Part shown: positions 37,733 to 40,238 of the stretch, piece after piece | How the letters are laid out: every line of letters starts with the position of its first letter | Numbering within the stretch: position 1 is the stretch's first letter | DNA from: Fidelibacterota bacterium | GTDB lineage: Bacteria; Fidelibacterota; Marinisomatia; Marinisomatales; TCS55 | Length of the DNA: 40,238 nt | Assembly (NCBI GenBank): GCA_046861385.1 | Contig: JBHHTW010000016.1 | Span: forward strand, 1 to 40,238 | Direction of reading: 5' to 3' | The notes under the pieces: model-generated | The model's input: the letters and a program-made list of their open reading frames with translations, nothing else | Told to the model about the DNA's origin: nothing | The model's database searches: none | Translations under genes and position numbers: made by a program

Positions 37733-38170
37733 ATGGAATACATATCTTACAAAAAAGGGTATAAGTACCAGTTGGTTGAGAATTATTCTACGGAAATACC
37801 AATAAAGCCAGATGACGATATTGAATCCGACTTTATCATTTTAAGCAATAAAGGACAAATAACTATTAAGAAAGGATACGCTTGGGACGGACCATCGGGC
37901 CCGACAATAGATACATCGAATTTTATGCGGGGTTCATTGATTCATGATGCCATTTACCAATTGATGAGAGAGGGAGGGCTAGACAATAAAAAGCACAGGG
38001 AGCCTGCCGATAAATTACTTCAACAAATATGTAAAGATGACGGAATGGCTCCGATGAGAGCATGGTGGGTTTACATAGGACTAAGATTTGGTGGAAGCCC
38101 CGCGGCAGACCCTGAAAATATAAGGCCGGTTGTGATGGCGCCAAAATCAGGCGAGTCAATAATAGCATAA
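37733..38170 (+). CDS. DUF1353 domain protein
   Basis: Y.L, KGYAWDGPS, SLIHDAIYQ, ADKL...C..DG and Y.GLRFGG. Confidence 0.78.
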   Translation: MEYISYKKGYKYQLVENYSTEIPIKPDDDIESDFIILSNKGQITIKKGYAWDGPSGPTIDTSNFMRGSLIHDAIYQLMREGGLDNKKHREPADKLLQQICKDDGMAPMRAWWVYIGLRFGGSPAADPENIRPVVMAPKSGESIIA

Positions 38171-38276
38171 CCATAGAATGCAATTCCGTACGTTTATATT
38201 TGACATTTTTCTTAAAACAATTTTTTGTAGTTTAAAGCCTAACAGTATAATTTCCCACCTCATTTAATAAATTAAA

Positions 38277-38612
38277 ATGGCAAACATATATAAATACGAT
38301 CATTATAAAAAAGTACCTGAACCGGCAGAAAAGATCAATAAGAAGAAAAAGAAACCGAAATTGATTGCAGTGGTGGATGAAGACAATTGCACAGGCTGTC
38401 AGGTTTGCGTACCCTTTTGTCCCGTGGATTGTATCGAAGCGGTTCCGGTTCAAAAATATGATATTCCAATTCCTCCTGTTCAAATACGGTTTGATGAATG
38501 CATTGGCTGCCAAATTTGCGCTCGGGTATGCACAAAACTTACATGGGATGCTATCCGAATGCTTCCAACAGACGAATTTGAGTCCATTTACGACTATACC
38601 GTTACCGATTAA
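38277..38612 (+). CDS. 4Fe-4S dicluster protein (RnfB-like ferredoxin domain)
   Basis: CTGCQVCVPFCPVDC and CIGCQICARVC motifs. Confidence 0.85.
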   Translation: MANIYKYDHYKKVPEPAEKINKKKKKPKLIAVVDEDNCTGCQVCVPFCPVDCIEAVPVQKYDIPIPPVQIRFDECIGCQICARVCTKLTWDAIRMLPTDEFESIYDYTVTD

Positions 38613-38614
38613 TT

Positions 38615-40057
38615 GTGCCGGAATCACCCGGTAATACATATTTTTTAATTATTGATCAAGGCACTTCATCCACGAAGTGTTTTTTATTTAATTCTGAAAA
38701 TGACGTTGTTTTCAGTCAACGAATTAAACACCAACTCAATCGCCCTAAACCAAACCATGTGGAATGTGATGCACAGGCCATTGCAGATACTTGTCGCAAA
38801 TTAATCTATCAATCGGTTCAATTCTCCCGGGAGAATGCCGGGATCATTCAAAGCGCTGGATTAGCAGCACAACGCTCTACGTTTTTATTTTGGGATAAAG
38901 AAACTGGAAAACCTTTAACGCCTGCATTGAGCTGGCAAGACAGTAGAGCCAGAAGAGAAGTAGAACGGCGGGCAGCTCAATCTTCCTTTATACATCAACA
39001 GGCGGGAATCCCGTTAAGCGAACATTTTGGCGGACCAAAATATGCATACCTTACACGCCATGATCCTGCTTTAAAAGAAAAAATAAATCGGGGTGATATC
39101 TGGTTTGGCCCGTTGAGCGCTTTTTTAACCCATCAGCTTACCGGGAAAGCCTTGGTAGATCACTCCATTGCCGGAAGATCTCTATTGCTGAATGTGGACA
39201 GCCTTCAGTGGGATGACAAACTCTGTGATTTGTTTGAAGTCAATTCGTCCTGTCTCCCTCCTCTCCGTCCGACTCTTGATCATTTCGGTTACATTAATGA
39301 TTTCAATTTTCCATTAAACTGCGTGATCGGAGACCAGCAAGCAGCGCTGATTGGACAAGGAGGAATTGAAGAATATTTCATGGCCATGAATTTCGGAACT
39401 TCAGGGTCAGTGTTGATGAATACTGGATCAACCCCTATTCACAATGAGGGATTATTGAACAATATTTTATTTTCAGATACCAATAATAAAACATACCTCA
39501 CAGAAGGATCCATTAATGCATGTAATGCTTTATTTTACTGGTTGGAAGAGAAACTAAATATTCCCCATCAGGACATGGTTTGGGACGTGCGTTGCCGGAA
39601 TACCCATGTGGATGGTGCGTTGGTTCCGGGATTTTCCGGTTTGGCCGCCCCCTATTGGAAAAATGGTTTTGAGTCTATATACCATCATTTAGAAAATGCA
39701 TCAGCGAATGAGTGGATTCGAGCGGGAATGGAGTCCATTGGATTCCTTGTTTACGACATACTGAATGAGATGCCCAAAAAGAACGCTTCGGGGCTCGTTC
39801 CTGCAGGCGGAGGGGCAGCCAGAGACCCTCTACTCCAATTTATTTCGGATATGACCGGATTGAATATCGGTCACTCCACCATGAAAGACCGCACTGCATT
39901 TGGTGTTAATTATCTTTTAAAAAAATACACGGGTGAATCCATTGACTTTCCGGGGATTGATAGTGATATGATTTTCAAACCGACGATGGATGATGAATTG
40001 AGAATAGAAAAATTGAAAAACTGGCGGGTTGCGTTGGGAAAACTTGGTTTATCTTAG
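38615..40057 (+). CDS. glpK: FGGY family carbohydrate kinase, glycerol-kinase-like (divergent)
   Basis: IDQGTSSTK, QRST, WQDSR, GDQQAALIG, FGT and FSGLAAPYW. Confidence 0.75.
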   Translation: MPESPGNTYFLIIDQGTSSTKCFLFNSENDVVFSQRIKHQLNRPKPNHVECDAQAIADTCRKLIYQSVQFSRENAGIIQSAGLAAQRSTFLFWDKETGKPLTPALSWQDSRARREVERRAAQSSFIHQQAGIPLSEHFGGPKYAYLTRHDPALKEKINRGDIWFGPLSAFLTHQLTGKALVDHSIAGRSLLLNVDSLQWDDKLCDLFEVNSSCLPPLRPTLDHFGYINDFNFPLNCVIGDQQAALIGQGGIEEYFMAMNFGTSGSVLMNTGSTPIHNEGLLNNILFSDTNNKTYLTEGSINACNALFYWLEEKLNIPHQDMVWDVRCRNTHVDGALVPGFSGLAAPYWKNGFESIYHHLENASANEWIRAGMESIGFLVYDILNEMPKKNASGLVPAGGGAARDPLLQFISDMTGLNIGHSTMKDRTAFGVNYLLKKYTGESIDFPGIDSDMIFKPTMDDELRIEKLKNWRVALGKLGLS

Positions 40058-40238
40058 ACCGAGTTTTTCTCCATTTTCTAATAGCTGAACAGATTCACTG
40101 ATGCGCTCATCGATAGTCGCCTGACGTTTAGCAACCCTTATCCAACCAATGAATTGTTTCTGATAATTGGGCGTCAATTGCTCAAAGAATTCTTTTGCTT
40201 TCTTATTTTGATTCAGCGCTTTTATAAATTCTTTCGGT
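40049..40238 (-). CDS. YdeI/OmpD-associated (OmdA) family protein, C-terminal part only
   Basis: Manual minus-strand translation: PKEFIKALNQNKKAKEFFEQLTPNYQKQFIGWIRVAKRQATIDERISESVQLLENGEKLGLR*. Confidence 0.8.
   Translation of the reverse strand, partial: PKEFIKALNQNKKAKEFFEQLTPNYQKQFIGWIRVAKRQATIDERISESVQLLENGEKLGLR

Overview
AT-rich bacterial chromosomal window. The lineage is most likely FCB-group and Marinimicrobia-like, inferred from T9SS/FlgD-like C-terminal sorting domains, a Bacteroidota-style LpxC and the gene order. The first 9.7 kb is accessory and envelope-related: partial arsC, a GTAG-type REP doublet, a single-blade lipoprotein, a large lamin-tail/CARDB secreted protein, a compact penicillin-acylase-family protein with a REP-like palindrome in frame in its sorting domain, an OM beta-barrel and a PDZ protein. 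It also holds an AAA/DUF4143 ATPase on a 1,440-bp segment flanked by a 36-bp duplication of the upstream gene's 3' end. The middle carries M23-rhomboid-cdd-udk-tdk-nupC, an orphan ptb, adk-coaE, nfeD-floA-yqfB-like and lpxL-tsaC-DUF3108. On the minus strand lies the uppS-bamA-skp-lpxD-lpxC-fabZ-lpxA-hyp-dxr-rseP cluster, where lpxA probably starts at ATC and lpxC/fabZ are in frame. The right end has a ferredoxin and a cysteine-free Mrp/ApbC ATPase coupled to two uncharacterised membrane proteins, then an MFS transporter, a structured intergenic element, DUF1353, a 4Fe-4S protein, a glycerol-kinase-like gene and a partial YdeI/OmpD gene. No tRNA, rRNA, CRISPR array, integrase or transposase was seen. 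All family calls come from motif recognition by eye, not database searches.
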